A DNA stretch of 64,000 bases from assembly GCF_024521635.1 (NCBI RefSeq), contig NW_026250416.1:1-64000 (forward strand), written 5' to 3'. How positions within the stretch are numbered: position 1 is the first letter of the stretch; each line of letters begins with the position of its first letter. Positions 11,312 through 24,674 of the stretch are shown piece after piece. Position numbers and translations under genes: made by a program. The notes beneath the pieces are model-generated. The model had not been told where the DNA came from, searched no databases, and saw only the letters and a list, made by a program, of their open reading frames with translations. Source of the stretch: Tricharina praecox (taxonomy: Eukaryota).

Positions 11312-13018
11312 TGTATTTGTGTGCGGATGTTGATGTATTCGTATGTGGCCGAAGTGGTTTCGGTGTACAGGGCTGATGGTTCGCGGGGGAGTGTATGTAA
11401 CGTGCGGACCTCGAGTTGGATGGATGGATTGGGATATCGATTGTGGGGGGGGATGCTTCTTATTATTTTGTCTCCAGACGGATCTTACAGAAGCCTCCGG
11501 ATCCTTGGTGCAGCTGAACTCACAGTGAACCCCCGGCACGGGACGTGTGATGTGTCACTCAGGACCGTGCAGGCAGTGGTTCGTTGCGTTGGCGATGTGG
11601 GTGGTATGTAGGATTAGGCGGGGGGGCCTTGGTGAGTCGATTTCCATGCGGATACGATATTAAGTGAGTGCTTGTGCTTGTGCTTGCAGCCACGTCGTGG
11701 TGGTGATAGGCTGGCTGGCTGACTGCCTGTGGTGGGATGGGAAGGCTGCGCTTTTTAACCTTACTGCCACTAGAGTACGGTACCGTAGTAGGTACACACC
11801 ACCGTCCACCACCGTCCACCACCGTCCACCACCACCACCACCATCACACGACAGAGACTCATGTTTGGTTCCGAGCGAGGGAATTTTTACTGCGTTTCGC
11901 TTATTGATCCGGCAGGCCAAGGAAGGGAAGAAACGCTTGTTTCCGTCTTTCTCTCGTTCTCGCGGAGTTTTCTCTTCGTTCGTTTTCGGAGACTTCATCA
12001 CCCGGGGTCCGACGGACATGGTTGGAAAGCGGCACGATCTTGAGCCGATCGGACCCTGGTATGGATGTATGGATGTATGTATGTTCTACATGCTTACTCT
12101 AGCTTCCAGCTGAGAGGGAAGGAGGGGGTGGGGGAGGGGGTGGGGTAAGCTGTCGTGTAATGCACGTCTGACGTCTGGCTGGCTGGACGAACTGGCGGAT
12201 GGATCGATTGGAGTCATGATACGATCCGAAGATGATGTGATGGAGTGGCTGACATGGGGATTTGCATTTGCATTCATCAACCGCCGGAACTCCGCGCTGA
12301 TGGCAGATGCTGACTACGGAGGTAGGAGACGGAGCGGGAATAAGCGCAGGGCTCTTTGTCTCCTTCCGGCCGTGAAGGATAAGCGGTGATGCTAGCAGCT
12401 GGTACCTGAGGAACGGCACGGAGAGGAAAGAAAAACTCGGCTGCAACTCGGAATTCCATATGTATCCGGCTGACGGAGCTTCGGAGTTCTGCTCGTCGAC
12501 AATCGAGATGCGTCGGGCGCTAGAAGGAAGAACTCTTCTCTTCTCTTTTCTTTTCTTTCTTTCTTTTTTCTCTCCAACCGTGGTGCGTTTGCAAGCCATT
12601 CTCAAAAGCAAGCAAGAAAGCAAGGCAACGCAAAGGGCATCCTCACTCAGTGCGGTACCGTATGTAGGTGAGCGGCGGCGACCGGTTCGTCGAATTCCGA
12701 CGTGAGTGAGTGGACAGCGGGTTTGCGGGGGAGGGGGAGATCGTGGATTGGACACGACAGTGACGACACGTGCGGGCCCACGCAGCTGAAGCCGCTGATC
12801 CCACGCAGCCGAACTTGCTTTTTCGGTGTTTTTATTTCGGTGCGACTCACACAGCTGAAGCAGCATGTAGCTGTGGCTGGAAAGAGCAACAGCAACCACT
12901 TCTAACTTCCAAGTTTTAACTTCCTTAGCGGCCTGGCCTGTCCTTGCGGCCATCGCTGGCGGCCATCGCTCACTTACGACTCACGTCCGCAGAGAGGGAA
13001 CTCTGCTGACTCATCTAG

Positions 13019-13245
13019 CATCACGAATACGACAATAGATTGGCGCTCTCTGCGACTCTGTCTCCACCATCACGAATACGACAATAGATTGGCGCTCTCT
13101 GCGACTCTGTCTCCACCATCACAAATACGACAATAGATTGCCGTATTCTCTCTCTCTCTCCGGTATTACGGACACGACAATAGCTTGACGCTCTCTGTCT
13201 CCACCCTTACGAATACGATAATAGATTGACGCTCTCCGTCTCCGG
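13019..13245. repeat. 49-bp minisatellite: two identical copies plus about three degenerate copies
   Basis: Unit CATCACGAATACGACAATAGATTGGCGCTCTCTGCGACTCTGTCTCCAC at 13019 and 13068; the core (ACGACAATAG-like) recurs at about 13127, 13174 and 13215. Confidence 0.9.
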
Positions 13246-14062
13246 GATCATCAATGGACCACCACATCGATGCGAGGGAGAACAGCAAACCACGAACGAT
13301 CATCGGAGTTCCGAGATCCGACCGAGGGGAGGCATCGACGCGCGAATGACACACATATATAGGTAGATATATACCCAGCCGTTCGATCATGCTCACAGGA
13401 TGTCTGATGGATATCGAGTCCTGAGGAGGGCCCGTCGATTTTTTTGGGGAGATCGTGTAACTAGTGTGGCCGTGAAGTGGAGGCTGGCGGGCGGAGATCG
13501 GCTGTGGGCGGCCGATTCGAAAGTGAGGCTGCTAAGTACCAGGGCCCAGGGCGGCCGGCCAGGGCTGGCTGCTGCTGCTGTTTAGTCCGGACCGATCCAA
13601 GCGAGGTGGATTGATCACGTAAACAGTCACATATCACAGCCCTCGTGGGAAACTTTACTTTTCTTAACAAAGAACGGGTCACAGTTTCCATCCACGCCTC
13701 CGATTGAGTTCCGTGAACTTTATGGAGTCTTCGGGCCGGTCTTGATTCTTTCCTTTCGGGTGACGAGCCGCTAGAAGCATCTTTGTCTCCACACCCAGAA
13801 AAATATGCACGTCCCCGCCGGCCCGTCGGCGCGGCTCTGCTAACTACGGTACATAGAGTGATTGCTTTAAAACGTCATCGTGTGCGGGGCCGGGTATGTA
13901 TCAACCATTGTTTTCGTGACAAACCCTGATTCACGCTTCAGCAATCAGCAATCAGCAATCAGCATCTCCTCCCCTACATCATCATCTCGTCGCTACCGCG
14001 GATCCATCATCCCCCACCCCGCCTACCGCACCACCCATTCCACCCACCAAAACCGTACAATA

Positions 14063-14614
14063 ATGCCTTCTGTACGTCCCTCCAAATCCCGTAGCCGAAA
14101 TCCGACTGACTGACGTGCCTCGCTCCAGCTCGACGAGCTGACCACGCAGCACGAAACGCTCTTCTTCACGCACTTCGACGCGCAGGACGCGTTCGATCTC
14201 GGGTGCATCATCCGATCGCGAATTCTCTCCGCGTTCCCGGAGACGCCGGTTTCGATCCGCATCACGCTTCCGACCGGTCAGATCCTGTTCACGACGGTTA
14301 CCGTCGGGGGCTCGACATTAGACTCCGAGAGCTGGCTCACGCGCAAGGCGGCGACCGTGCTGCGCTACGGATGCTCGACATTGTACATGCGCGAGAAGAT
14401 GGTCGCGAAGGGACTCGCCGGCGATAGGTTGAGCGAGATGGCCCCGCTTGATGATGCTGTCTACGCGGTCCATGGAGGCGGATTCCCGGTCAGGATCAGG
14501 GGCGTCGATGGCGTTGCCGCGGTCATTGTCGTTAGCGGCCTTAAGCAGGTCGATGATCATGATTATCTCGTCGAGGGCGTCAAGTGGTTTTTGGAGAAGG
14601 ACCAGAGGGCGTAA
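14063..14614 (+). CDS. UPF0303/DUF967 protein (YBR137W-like, GlcG/HbpS haem-degrading fold), 164 aa; exons 14063-14071 and 14129-14614
   Basis: 9-nt first exon, intron GTACGT...CTGAC...CAG; family motifs FDAQDAFDLG, WLTRKAATVLRYGCST, YAVHGGGFP, VVSGLKQVDDH. Confidence 0.92.
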
Positions 14615-16168
14615 ACGGTTGATGTTTGTTTTTTGTTTTGGGTCGTGCTGCTCTAGAGGATACCTATGCGATGGGCATTCATATGTTCAAGATGCTGCAT
14701 TCGTACCTATCATAGCAGAACGAATGAACCAAATACCCACAGTATGGAAGAGATTGATTGATCGCGACACGGCGCTGGACGTGAAGCCCATTGATGCATC
14801 TATATCACGACCCATCTAACGACATGCACCGTCACTCGCACCCTCCTTCTCCCCGCGATTGCGATCCAATTGGCTCATGCACGGCATCCACATCTACTCC
14901 TTTGTTTTTGTTGCCATGCACATCTGCATAGCACCTACCTAGAGTACCCTACGGTTAAAGAAACGTAGGTATGCATACCTACTCAAGTACCTACGCACCC
15001 ACCATCGTCTTCTCCACGATTCGGCACGCGGTACGCGGTTGCGGATCATGCTTTCTCTCTCTCCCTCTCTCTCTCTCTTGATATGTAACCACTCTATTCT
15101 CCCTACAGTTATCCCAATACCGTAGAGTAAGTAGAGTAGGAGCCAACCCTCGGCTGGCACCAAGCTCAAGGTCAAGGTCAGGAGGCGCACCTACCTACCT
15201 ACCTACCTAGTACCTACACGTTTCAGGTTTCGGTGTTTGAGCTGTGATTATCGCGAAACCGCCACGCCCAGTGCCCACAAATGCGAGCCCCCGCTCTGTA
15301 AAAAACAATTGTTTCACGGGGTGGCTGTGTGTCCACTGTCGGGCCAATGGTGTGTGGCTTCGGCTGGGAGGCCCGGGATAAATGTCGCGGCTCGCGAGGC
15401 GGTTGCGGGAGAATACCTAGGAAGGTCACTGGTGAGGCAACTCCAGCTTCAGCTTCACGTTGCCGGGCCAATAGGATCGCTCCCAGGTATGTAGGGGGAT
15501 GCATCATCAACACCAACATCCCTTGAAACTCCGGACCTTCGGTTGCAGACAGCATGCGGTGCTGGGAGTACGTACTACTTGTACTTGTACGGAGGTGTCC
15601 ACTCCCTTTTATCCCCTCTTCTCGAGACTCGAGCGAGCTCTCGTCGTTTTTGATATTTATTTGTTCTTCCTGCGCGTAGAGTACTGTACCGTACCGTGTT
15701 CGTGATTAACAGGCTGGCACTGTGCTGGATATACAGGATTCACTTCACTTCACTTCACTCGTTCTCCATCTCCATACCCACCTATCCCAGTCGCGAATCC
15801 TCATCTTGAAGCTCGGAGCTCGGTAGGTATTACGCAGCCTTCTCGCACATCTCACACATCGGTTCAGATTGATTCAGATTGATTGATTGCCAGTTTCCGT
15901 TTTCATTGTCCAAGACCGTTGCATTATCTCTTTTTATATTTTTTGCTTTGCGATCAACCGAGTCCCGACTATCGTCCGCGCATTCCTACCTCCTACCTAC
16001 CGTCTCGTCTCGCACATCTTGCCTCGTACATCTCGCCGAGCACAACTTTCAGATTTCAGATTTCAGATTTCATCTCGCCGAGCACGCACATACACAGATA
16101 CAGACACACACACAGACACGGAAACACACACATACACAGACAAGTACACGCACACATACACATACACA

Positions 16169-17209
16169 ATGCATCGCCATCTACCGCTCCTACTACTCGC
16201 CATCGTATCCACGACGGCGTCGGCGTCGTCATCAGGAACCGCTGCGATTCCGGGAATAATGTTCATTCCCCGAGACGTGCTCGCTCGGCGGGCGGTGTGC
16301 GGCTTCGGCGAGGTCTGCGGCAGCGGGTGCGCCAGTGGTCCATGCTGTGACGATGCTGCTGGGAGTATGTTCCCTCTTTCTATATGTGGTGAACAGCGGG
16401 AATGGAGCTGATGAGGGTGCGAGTAGTTTCCTGCGTGGAAGGATCGGTGTGCACGGATATCGGCGGGGTGGTCGGATGTTGTCCCGCGGGCGAAACGTGT
16501 GACTGGCTGCAGGAGTGTAAAGACTTTGCGGCGGAGGAGTGTGCGGGCGAGGGGGCTGAGGGGTGTTGGTCAGTTCTCGTGGTTCATGAGGGATGAGTGC
16601 GTGCTGATACGTGATTACGATAGTCCGGAGGAAGCTCCGTACTGTGATCAGGCGAGGAGTATTTGTACTGCCGTCCCTGTCTCCGCCTCCGCCTCCGTCG
16701 CCTCCTCATCATCCTCCTCCAGCTCCTCCACCCTCCCCCCTCTACGACTGGCCATCACAACCACCACCTCATCCCTCGCCAGCATCTCGCCAACAACATC
16801 CCTCCTCCCAGCAGAGGCAGAAACAACAATCCTCTTCGAAACCTTCGAGACCGCAGTGGCTGTGCCGACCTCACTAGTCCTAGACGAGCCCTTCCCGACC
16901 CGGACCTTCGATGCCCTGGACGGCGCACGCATAACCGCAGCCGCAGGGACTGGAACGGCGCAGCCATCGCAACCGTCAGGACTGATCGTGCCGCCGGCGC
17001 CGCTGTATCCCGCCAGCAACGGCACGGGCTTTGCGGGCTTTGCGGGGAATGCTAGTGCTGGTACCAACGTGACCGGGAATATGAATCTTACAAGGTTTGA
17101 GAGTGCTGCGGGAGGCAGAGCGAGAGGCGCAGGTGCAGGGACGGGCGGAAGGGTCTGGCCGCTGGTTCTGGGTCTGGGCGTCGCGGCGGGCGGGTTCTCG
17201 TTGCTGTGA
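16169..17209 (+). CDS. Cys-rich GPI-anchored cell-surface protein, 307 aa; exons 16169-16364, 16427-16568, 16624-17209
   Basis: Signal peptide, Cys-rich N-terminal domain (incl. GCCPAGETC), Ser/Thr-rich stalk, FESAA omega region and hydrophobic tail; both introns are GT-AG and keep the frame. Confidence 0.88.
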
Positions 17210-17793
17210 GGGTGGAAAGGGCGGATGCGGGTGGGTGGGAGTTTTTGGCGTTTTGCTCTTTCTTTTCGGTTTGGTTTGGGATGTATCATGTATGATGCGG
17301 TGTTTGCACGGTTCGGGGTATGTACCAGTACGATACATATGGTGGCATTGGTGGGCAGACTGAGACGCGTTTGGTTTGAACTTTGGGATGTGTGGGCAAT
17401 GGAAAATGGGCATATTGTACACTACACTACAAGTATGTAGATATTCTGAATCTTTACGAATCTTTACGAATATCTGCAAGCAATCAGGCACGAGCTGCCC
17501 GCTGGGAAGGTTGGTATTCGAATGCCGAGCACGTGAGGTCACTCGCTGCATATGAAGTTTCCCTGACATTCCACACCCGTTCGTGGACAGTGCGAGCGTA
17601 TACCTAACCCGATATGGCCACGAGAGAAAGCACCTGCACTTGCATTGCTTTTTGGTTTTTTGGTTTTTTGGTTTTTTGGTTGTGGGTAGGTAATCGCGGA
17701 TTGCTTGTGCGTTGCAGGCGGCCTGTCTAGACCCTAGACTCTAGATTCTTGATCGTGGTGGTGTGGTGCACACACACAAGCCGTTTTAACTTT

Positions 17794-19794
17794 TCACGTC
17801 ACTCGTTCGTATTCCGATTGGACTCGAGTGATATTTCCAGTAAGCACCTACTATAGGTATCATAGGAAGAGCGATGTAATGAAGTTAGACGCCTTATGGC
17901 AGCCTTGTAACTATGAGGACGAAGCGGACACAACCCGCATGAGAATATGTTTTGGTTATATTTGTATATTTTTTCTGTAAGTCTTTTTTTTTTTCGTAAA
18001 TAAGGCTTCCACAATCCTGCGTGCTCAGTGCTGTGGATGTTAGTCCTGACTCCTGACTCCGAGTCGTAAGCCTTCCGCAACGCCTACTAGAAGCCACGCC
18101 TTATGAGTTCATGAGGGGTTCATAAGGATGATGAGGAGTTTTGAAAAAGAAAGGTTGGAACTTGAAAGGCTTATCCTCTGGAGGCTGAATCGTAGATATG
18201 CTGTATCTGGGCCATCCGGCCCGTTGTTGAACATAAATGGGTCTATAACTCAGCAACCATATGGTTACAACCAAACATGATCTGTTCAAAGTTCACATAT
18301 CCTGGTACCCAGTGCTGATTCTGGCGTCAATTTAGGTGTTCCCATGCTAGTTAAGGAGAAAAATGCCGTCAAGATGCGGAAAACAATATGCTGAAATATC
18401 CCAAAACTGTAGGAATACTTCCCATAACCCCTTATCATTTGGGGCTCATCAGATGATTTTCAGTTATCGGAGTCAAAGATGTAGAATATTTGGTATTACA
18501 TGAGTTGCGGCTGTTCAAAAATTCGGGTTTTCGGCCAAAACTGCGATGTTGAGGGAGCTGTGACCACCCACAGGAAAGGCCAACTAATGAGCATTACGTA
18601 GAACCCATAGTACAGCAAGGCGGAGATAATCCGAGGTTCTTGAGACTTTAGAACAATATTTGAGCTCATGGGTGAGCTATCAATGGCCAAAAATCGGTTA
18701 AAATCGCATCGTCCGAAAAGCTTGTCGCCACTCACCCACCAAGGGACATAACCAAATCTTGAAAACATAATCATCGGTAGGAGATCACAGAGAAGAGGTC
18801 CATCTCATTAGTTGCGGGGTAGCTGGCTAATTAGAGTGACTGTCAGAGCTAGAAAATCCGTATTTTAAGGATACATTGACGGAAAACGAGCTACGGTCCA
18901 GGGGATACGCTCGTAAGGATTCTTGGAAATCCTAAGTAGTACATAATGATTTCTTCTACAACAAACCTTATCTCGTGCAATAATTGTCACTTGGCGATGC
19001 TCTTCCCCTTCCACTTATGTCCCTAACCTACTCTCCTTCCCCGCTCCGCAGTCCCCCGCCCCCATTCCCATACCCTCCCCCACTCACTATACCGCGTCCC
19101 ACCCTGCTCCTCGCCGAGTGAACACCACGCTGGCAGCTCAAGGAGGAAGCGGAGAAAGTGCTGCAGTATCCTTCATAGTCTAGTCCGTCCGTCCGTCCGT
19201 CCGCCCAGTCTGCCCAGTCCGCCCAGTCCGCCCAGTCCGCCCAGCCCGTCCGTCCATCCATCCCGAGCCTCGAACTGGACTGGACTGGACTGGACTGGAC
19301 TGGACTGGACTGGAATGGACTGTATGTACCTTGGCATTCCGTCCGTGACTGTGAGCGGTGTTCGAACGGACTACGGTACGGTAGGTAGTCCAAAAAATTC
19401 GAGGGCAGGACGGACCGCAGTCGACTGCCGTGTCCACACACGGCTCCAGCCCACAAAATCCATGGACTGGACTGGACGGAAGCGGAACTCGGTAGTCCGT
19501 CCTGTCCGGACCAGACTATGTCGAATACTGATGGGACCATGAACCGACATGACCCTTACGGGAGCCTTATGAACTACACGTGCTTAACACTGGCTTATAG
19601 AAGGTTTGTACTCTAGCTTTGACCTGGCTTATAGGGCATACATAAGGCTTCCAACTTTATTACATGCCCCCTAGAAAAAAAAAAGATCTTCCTGTTTTAT
19701 TTCGCATGCAGCCTATCTAGACTATGGCGAAAACATGCCCCCATATGGCACTTACTTCGGTACCTATGGCTTCGAAGCGGGTGACACGACGTGA
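17794..19794. mobile_element. Putative degenerate ~2-kb non-autonomous TIR element hosting a nested MITE
   Basis: Weak inverted ends (TCACGTC..AC.CG.TTCG), inverted GCATG.GAA / AAG.TC-polyT blocks at about 17937-17996 and 19670-19710, repeated GCCTTAT/TAAGGCTTCC motifs near both ends, AT-richer interior. Confidence 0.4.
19164..19530. mobile_element. 367-bp MITE with 24-bp imperfect TIRs and GTCC/GGAC subterminal repeats
   Basis: Left CAGTATCCTTCATAGTCTAGTCCG versus reverse complement of right CAGTATTCGACATAGTCTGGTCCG; internal (GTCC)n, (GCCCAGTCC)n and (CTGGA)n arrays; no TSD visible. Confidence 0.75.
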
Positions 19795-20062
19795 TTGTGA
19801 TTGCACGGAAACAATGTCACAATGTGTACTGGACAATCGACTGCATTAATCCTCCCCTCCCTCTAAAAACTATCCGGGCTATATATGTATGTACAGGAAA
19901 CATAAAAATATCTAGATGTGATGTGTACTATAGTATAGTTACGGTACATACATATGGGTTATGCAGCGCTTGACAAAGGGAAGTGGTGCACATAGAAGTT
20001 ATGCAAAAGAGAGTGTGTGTTTGTGCGAGAGATAGCGAGAGAGCGCGAGAGAGATGATCAGC

Positions 20063-22174
20063 TTAGACGCGGCACAGACGTCCAAGTCTGTCGTCACCCG
20101 CCTTCCAGTCCTCGGAACCGATAGCGGTCTCGGCAAAGAACACACCCTTGGGATCGAACTTCTGCTTGATCTGGTAGAGCTTATCGTACTTGTCGCCGTA
20201 GAAGGCCTGGCGCCAGTCGGGCTCGTACGTGTCGGACTCGCCGAGGTAGGCGCCGGATCCGGGCGTGACCTCGCGCCACTGCTCCATCGGGCCGTTGGTG
20301 AAGTTGCTGCGGTACTGGTCGATGACGTCAAAGTCGCGGATCGACGCGTCCCAGAGCGTGCCGGTGATGGCGTGAAGCACGGTGTTCCTCCACGCGGGGT
20401 TGACGGCAGTCTCGTCGGCGGTGACGCCGCCGGCCGCGAGCGTGGGCGCGATGTTGAAGCCGACCATGTACGACTTAGCGACGACGTCGCGGATGGCCGC
20501 GAAGGTGGTGTCGAAGCTGGCGTCGGTGGCCCAGTTCTGGCGGGGGAAGAGACGCGAGCCGGACTGGACGTTCCAGAGACCCACGGTCTCCTTGGGGAAG
20601 CCGGCGGCCCACGCCTGCTTGAAACCAGGGTACAAGACGGTCTTGGGGGTGATGGTGATGTTGTGATCGGCGGCGGTGGAGACGAGGGAGGCGAGGAGCG
20701 CGGTGACCTCGGCGACCGTCTTGCCCGGGGCGAAGTACGGGAGCATGGTGAAGGTCTGCGCGCCAGAAACTGCGCTGGGGAAGATGTTGAAGTAGGTGTA
20801 GATTCCAGCGTCGCCGTGCTCGGGGAACAGGCTCATGTGGTGCTTGATCACCGCCCAGAAATCGTCGTTAGAGTAGTCACCAGCGGCGTACTTGGCCTGG
20901 TCGGCCGCGGAGACGGTGAAATCGAAAGTCGAGATGGTCACGGGAATGTCTTCGTACGCCTTGACGGTGATGGAGACGACGACACCGAAGGTGGAACCTC
21001 CTCCTCCACGGAGAGCCTGTATGGATTGTTAGGAACGATACGGTGCGTCGGGAAAGAGCGAGCGGCACATACCCAGAAGAGGTCAGAGTTGGTGTCACGG
21101 TCGGCGGTCACGAAGCGGCCATTGGCAAGGACGACCTCGTAAGCAAGAACATGATCGGCAGCCATACCCTTGATGCTACCGAGAGGAGAGTGTCCTCCTC
21201 CCTGGATGTAACCTCCACCCCAACCAACAGTCTACGGAAAATTAGCATCATGCTAAATAGAATAGAACAGAAACAGTAAGCACTCACCATTCCTTCACCT
21301 CCAACAACCATGAGGCCCGCAGCGCTGGCAGCAGCATACAACTCAAACCCCTGGACACCGGAGCCAGCCTTGAGGGCAATACCACTGTATCCATTGCTCT
21401 TGTAGTTCTTGATGACAGCAATGTCCTTGAACTTGTGGGTGCGGATACTGAGCGAGTGCGAGCCCGAAGACTTTCCGTTGAAGTCATGGCCGGTATTCTT
21501 GATGACCAACCGGATATTCTTGTTGCGGGCAAAGTTGACCGCAGCCTGAACATCCCACGCGTTCCTGGCGTCCACCACGTACAGTGGGTAACCACCAACG
21601 GTGCAGGTGGCATTGGCGATGCTACCATCCCCGGGAAGACAGGTCATTCCCTGGTATTGGGGAGACATGATGGATGTGGGATGATTAACGCTACAGAAGA
21701 AGAAAAATGCATATCAGTATCATGTCGTGCGAAACAATGGATTGAAGCAGGATATACTCACTGGAGGTCGGAGTTGGTGAACTCGGCGGTGACATTGGCG
21801 CACTTGACGGCGTCGTATGCAGATCCGGGAAAGCAGACCTTTCCGATGGGATCGGGCTTGACGAGGGTTCCGCCGACAAAGAACTTGAGGACGGACCAGT
21901 CGAAGGCCGAAGGCCATTTGGAATCGCTAGGAATGTACCTGCAGGTAGTGGAGGACGAGCGCTTCTCGTTGGTATCCTCCTGGTCCTCGACACCATCGAG
22001 ATCTTCTCCGAAGCCCATCTGCTCGCGGTAATCCGCGACATCGGGTTCCGTGAGGACAGTGGACTCAATGGGAAGAACCACGTCCGATGTGTCTCTGGCA
22101 TCCAGTGGCAATACTGCCGCCGAAGCAAGAGCGGCAAAGAGACCTACAGCCGACACCGATTGGGAGAACTTCAT
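20063..22174 (-). CDS. Secreted FAD-linked oxidoreductase, BBE/VAO-type (isoamyl alcohol oxidase-like), 642 aa; exons 22174-21762, 21690-21288, 21231-21073, 21016-20063
   Basis: Signal peptide; [16 protein letters not shown] motif; [33 protein letters not shown]-terminal BBE motif AYLGE...[18 protein letters not shown]; three canonical introns that keep the frame. Confidence 0.96.
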
Positions 22175-24639
22175 CGTGAGAGAGAATTAGAAGGTTGAGG
22201 AGGAGGAACGAGTGTCAGTCGGAAAGCTTCCGAGCAGGTGAAGAACGAACGAACGGATGAGGTAGTTGAGTAAGAGAAAACGTGGGAATAGGGAAGCAAA
22301 TATACTCCTGGAGTAGCCAGGGTACGATGGGTCGGAATGAGGCGTGAAGCGGCGCGCAATGGAAGAACCTAGCAAAGAAACGTAGTGCCTGGGTATACAC
22401 AGTGCAGTCACCCCACCACGTAGAGTAAATGCGCCATTGACCTGCACTGGTCTCGATGGTTATTGCCCGACCAGAATAGACCTAGTCACCATGGAGAATT
22501 ATCATAGATGCAGAACGTCTCTGCCTCACGCAGTCCCCAGAATCTAGAATTACATACGGCATGAAACCCAGTGTAACCTCCCCCATCCCCTTCCCTCCCC
22601 ATATTGTCCACGCCTTACTTCCCGCGATCTTGCTTGTGGTTTGCTTGGGTTTGCAATTGCAACTGCAACTGCAATTGTCGTGATCCAATCAGTGTACCAC
22701 CATCATGCCTACCTGCAGCTCTGCCTGGCTGCTGCTGCGGCCTCTCTTCGACAGCCCAACGAGGCGTGCCCCCAGGTTCCGGTGCCGAAAGCCCCACATG
22801 CAAAGAAGAGTTCGCACGAGAGCACAAGATACCCCACATACCGGCCCAATCTCTCCTCCGCACGAGTGCATGCGACCGATTTTTGAGGTCTGAGAGCTTC
22901 TCGTCGACTCGAGTCGAGTCCGTATTGGCCGCTCCCGAACACGAAAGGAAGCTGGGGTTCGCTGCAGGAACAGACAGAGAGATCTCGCATGATGAATTAC
23001 CCGCGTCTGTAGCAAGTAGGGGGTCGCATTGACCGAATCAATCATTCGGATAGTGGACACTCAGGGGAGGGGATGGGTCTGTCATGTCTAAGCCTCACCC
23101 GATCGCAATCACTCTGCATATGTACGAACATATTAGGGAGGTTCTTTTGGGGGAGATGGGGAGGGGGTGGGGGAGGGGGATTTGTATATACGCACATACA
23201 GATGGGCAACTACTAGTAACTAGTAGTAAGTGGGGTTCCGTCTTGGTCGAGCTAAATGGCCCACTGGTCGGTGGATCAGATTTCGGTTGCCCCGGGTGCG
23301 TCGCATCGATATCAACCGGCGCCGGCACGTATGACTGGACTGCAGGCGGACAAAATTAATCGACGGCGGATTTTACATGGATGGCATGAAGGTAGCGCAC
23401 CTGGAGATACATACTAGAGTATATAGCAGAGTACTATGCATGATGCATGCGCCTGCCGCGCGCAAGTTACGGCTCCGGCGGTCATCGTAGCTGGCACTGC
23501 GAGGGGCTCGTGTGTCTTTGTAGAGAATATCATCACATGTATTGTACATGTCCCATAGCATACAAGCTTTTCTTCAGTATGGGTCGTCCAAGGCAAACGG
23601 CGTACCGGTACTACTAGTACAGTGAACAACTCTGCGAGACTGCGGCACCTTCTCTCTGACGCGGGTCTTCCTACGAGACAGACAGCAAACCGTTTTTCCG
23701 GGATAGTTGGGTAGTAATAATAGGTAGCAGTCAGCCTGGTATACGAACTGCTCGATCAGTGGTAGCTGGGTGATGCGCTAGTTGGCGAGCCTTAATGCTC
23801 CACATCTACAGGCTCGCTTTGTTTCAAATCTAACTACGGCTCGCTTTATAGTATGGTAGACTCTAGAGTATAGGGGCGACGTAATCATGTAGACGCACCC
23901 GCGAAAGGGGCACATCTGCAGCAAGCGTGACGACCAGTGCAGGAATCACCAAACCACTCACATATGGTTACCGGTTACTACTGGGCAGCCGGCAGAAGCC
24001 TCCAAGGTAGTTATTGCACTTTGTACTTATGATACGATCCGACACGCAAGCCACCCGCAAGCCACCCGCAGAGTCAAAGCATATAAACGCGCAGTAGTAG
24101 GAAACGCGCCCTCGAAAAGGTTTCGGAGCCAAAAGAAACAACCGGCAAACTCGTGAAGAAATCGTCTTGCCGCAAACATCTATTCCTCCTCTTCGTCCCC
24201 GTTATCTCCATCATCATCATCAGCTCCTCTGCCGAACAACCGCGCCCACGTAGCGCATCTGAGCGCTGTCTCACCGCGGTGCAGACGCCATGGATCTTCC
24301 TCCATGAGTGGCATGCCAGACAGGTGGCGGGGGGTGTGGGGGGGCAACGATCCACCCCGAGAGACTCTGCCGGAATCCGTGCTGCACGTCAGCTCGGTAA
24401 CACGGCAAGGTCTACAGCAATAGCACTAGGTATCAAATACAGGAGAGTGCTCAGATTCCTCCATAAAGGAGCACTCGAATGCTAAACTCATCGACTGCAT
24501 ACCATAAAGTACTTAACCTTTCTAAGATCTCTCTCTTTCTTAACCTTTCTACCAAACCCTATTGCTGGGTTGCCAGGAAAGGCCAGTAAGGGGTCGCCAT
24601 AGGCCGTAGCTATGCGATAATAAATCGATGTTCTCTCTG

Positions 24640-24674
<35 letters not shown>

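Noticed and set aside
10601..11539. 312-aa unspliced minus-strand ORF
   Set aside because: Runs through a canonical intron and UTRs; the spliced 124-aa model gives a more coherent protein.
13019..13245. Possible CRISPR-like array
   Set aside because: Units are head-to-tail with no unique spacers, there are no cas genes, and the DNA is fungal; it is a minisatellite.
20054..21142. 362-aa plus-strand ORF
   Set aside because: Antisense shadow of the codon-biased FAD oxidase gene.
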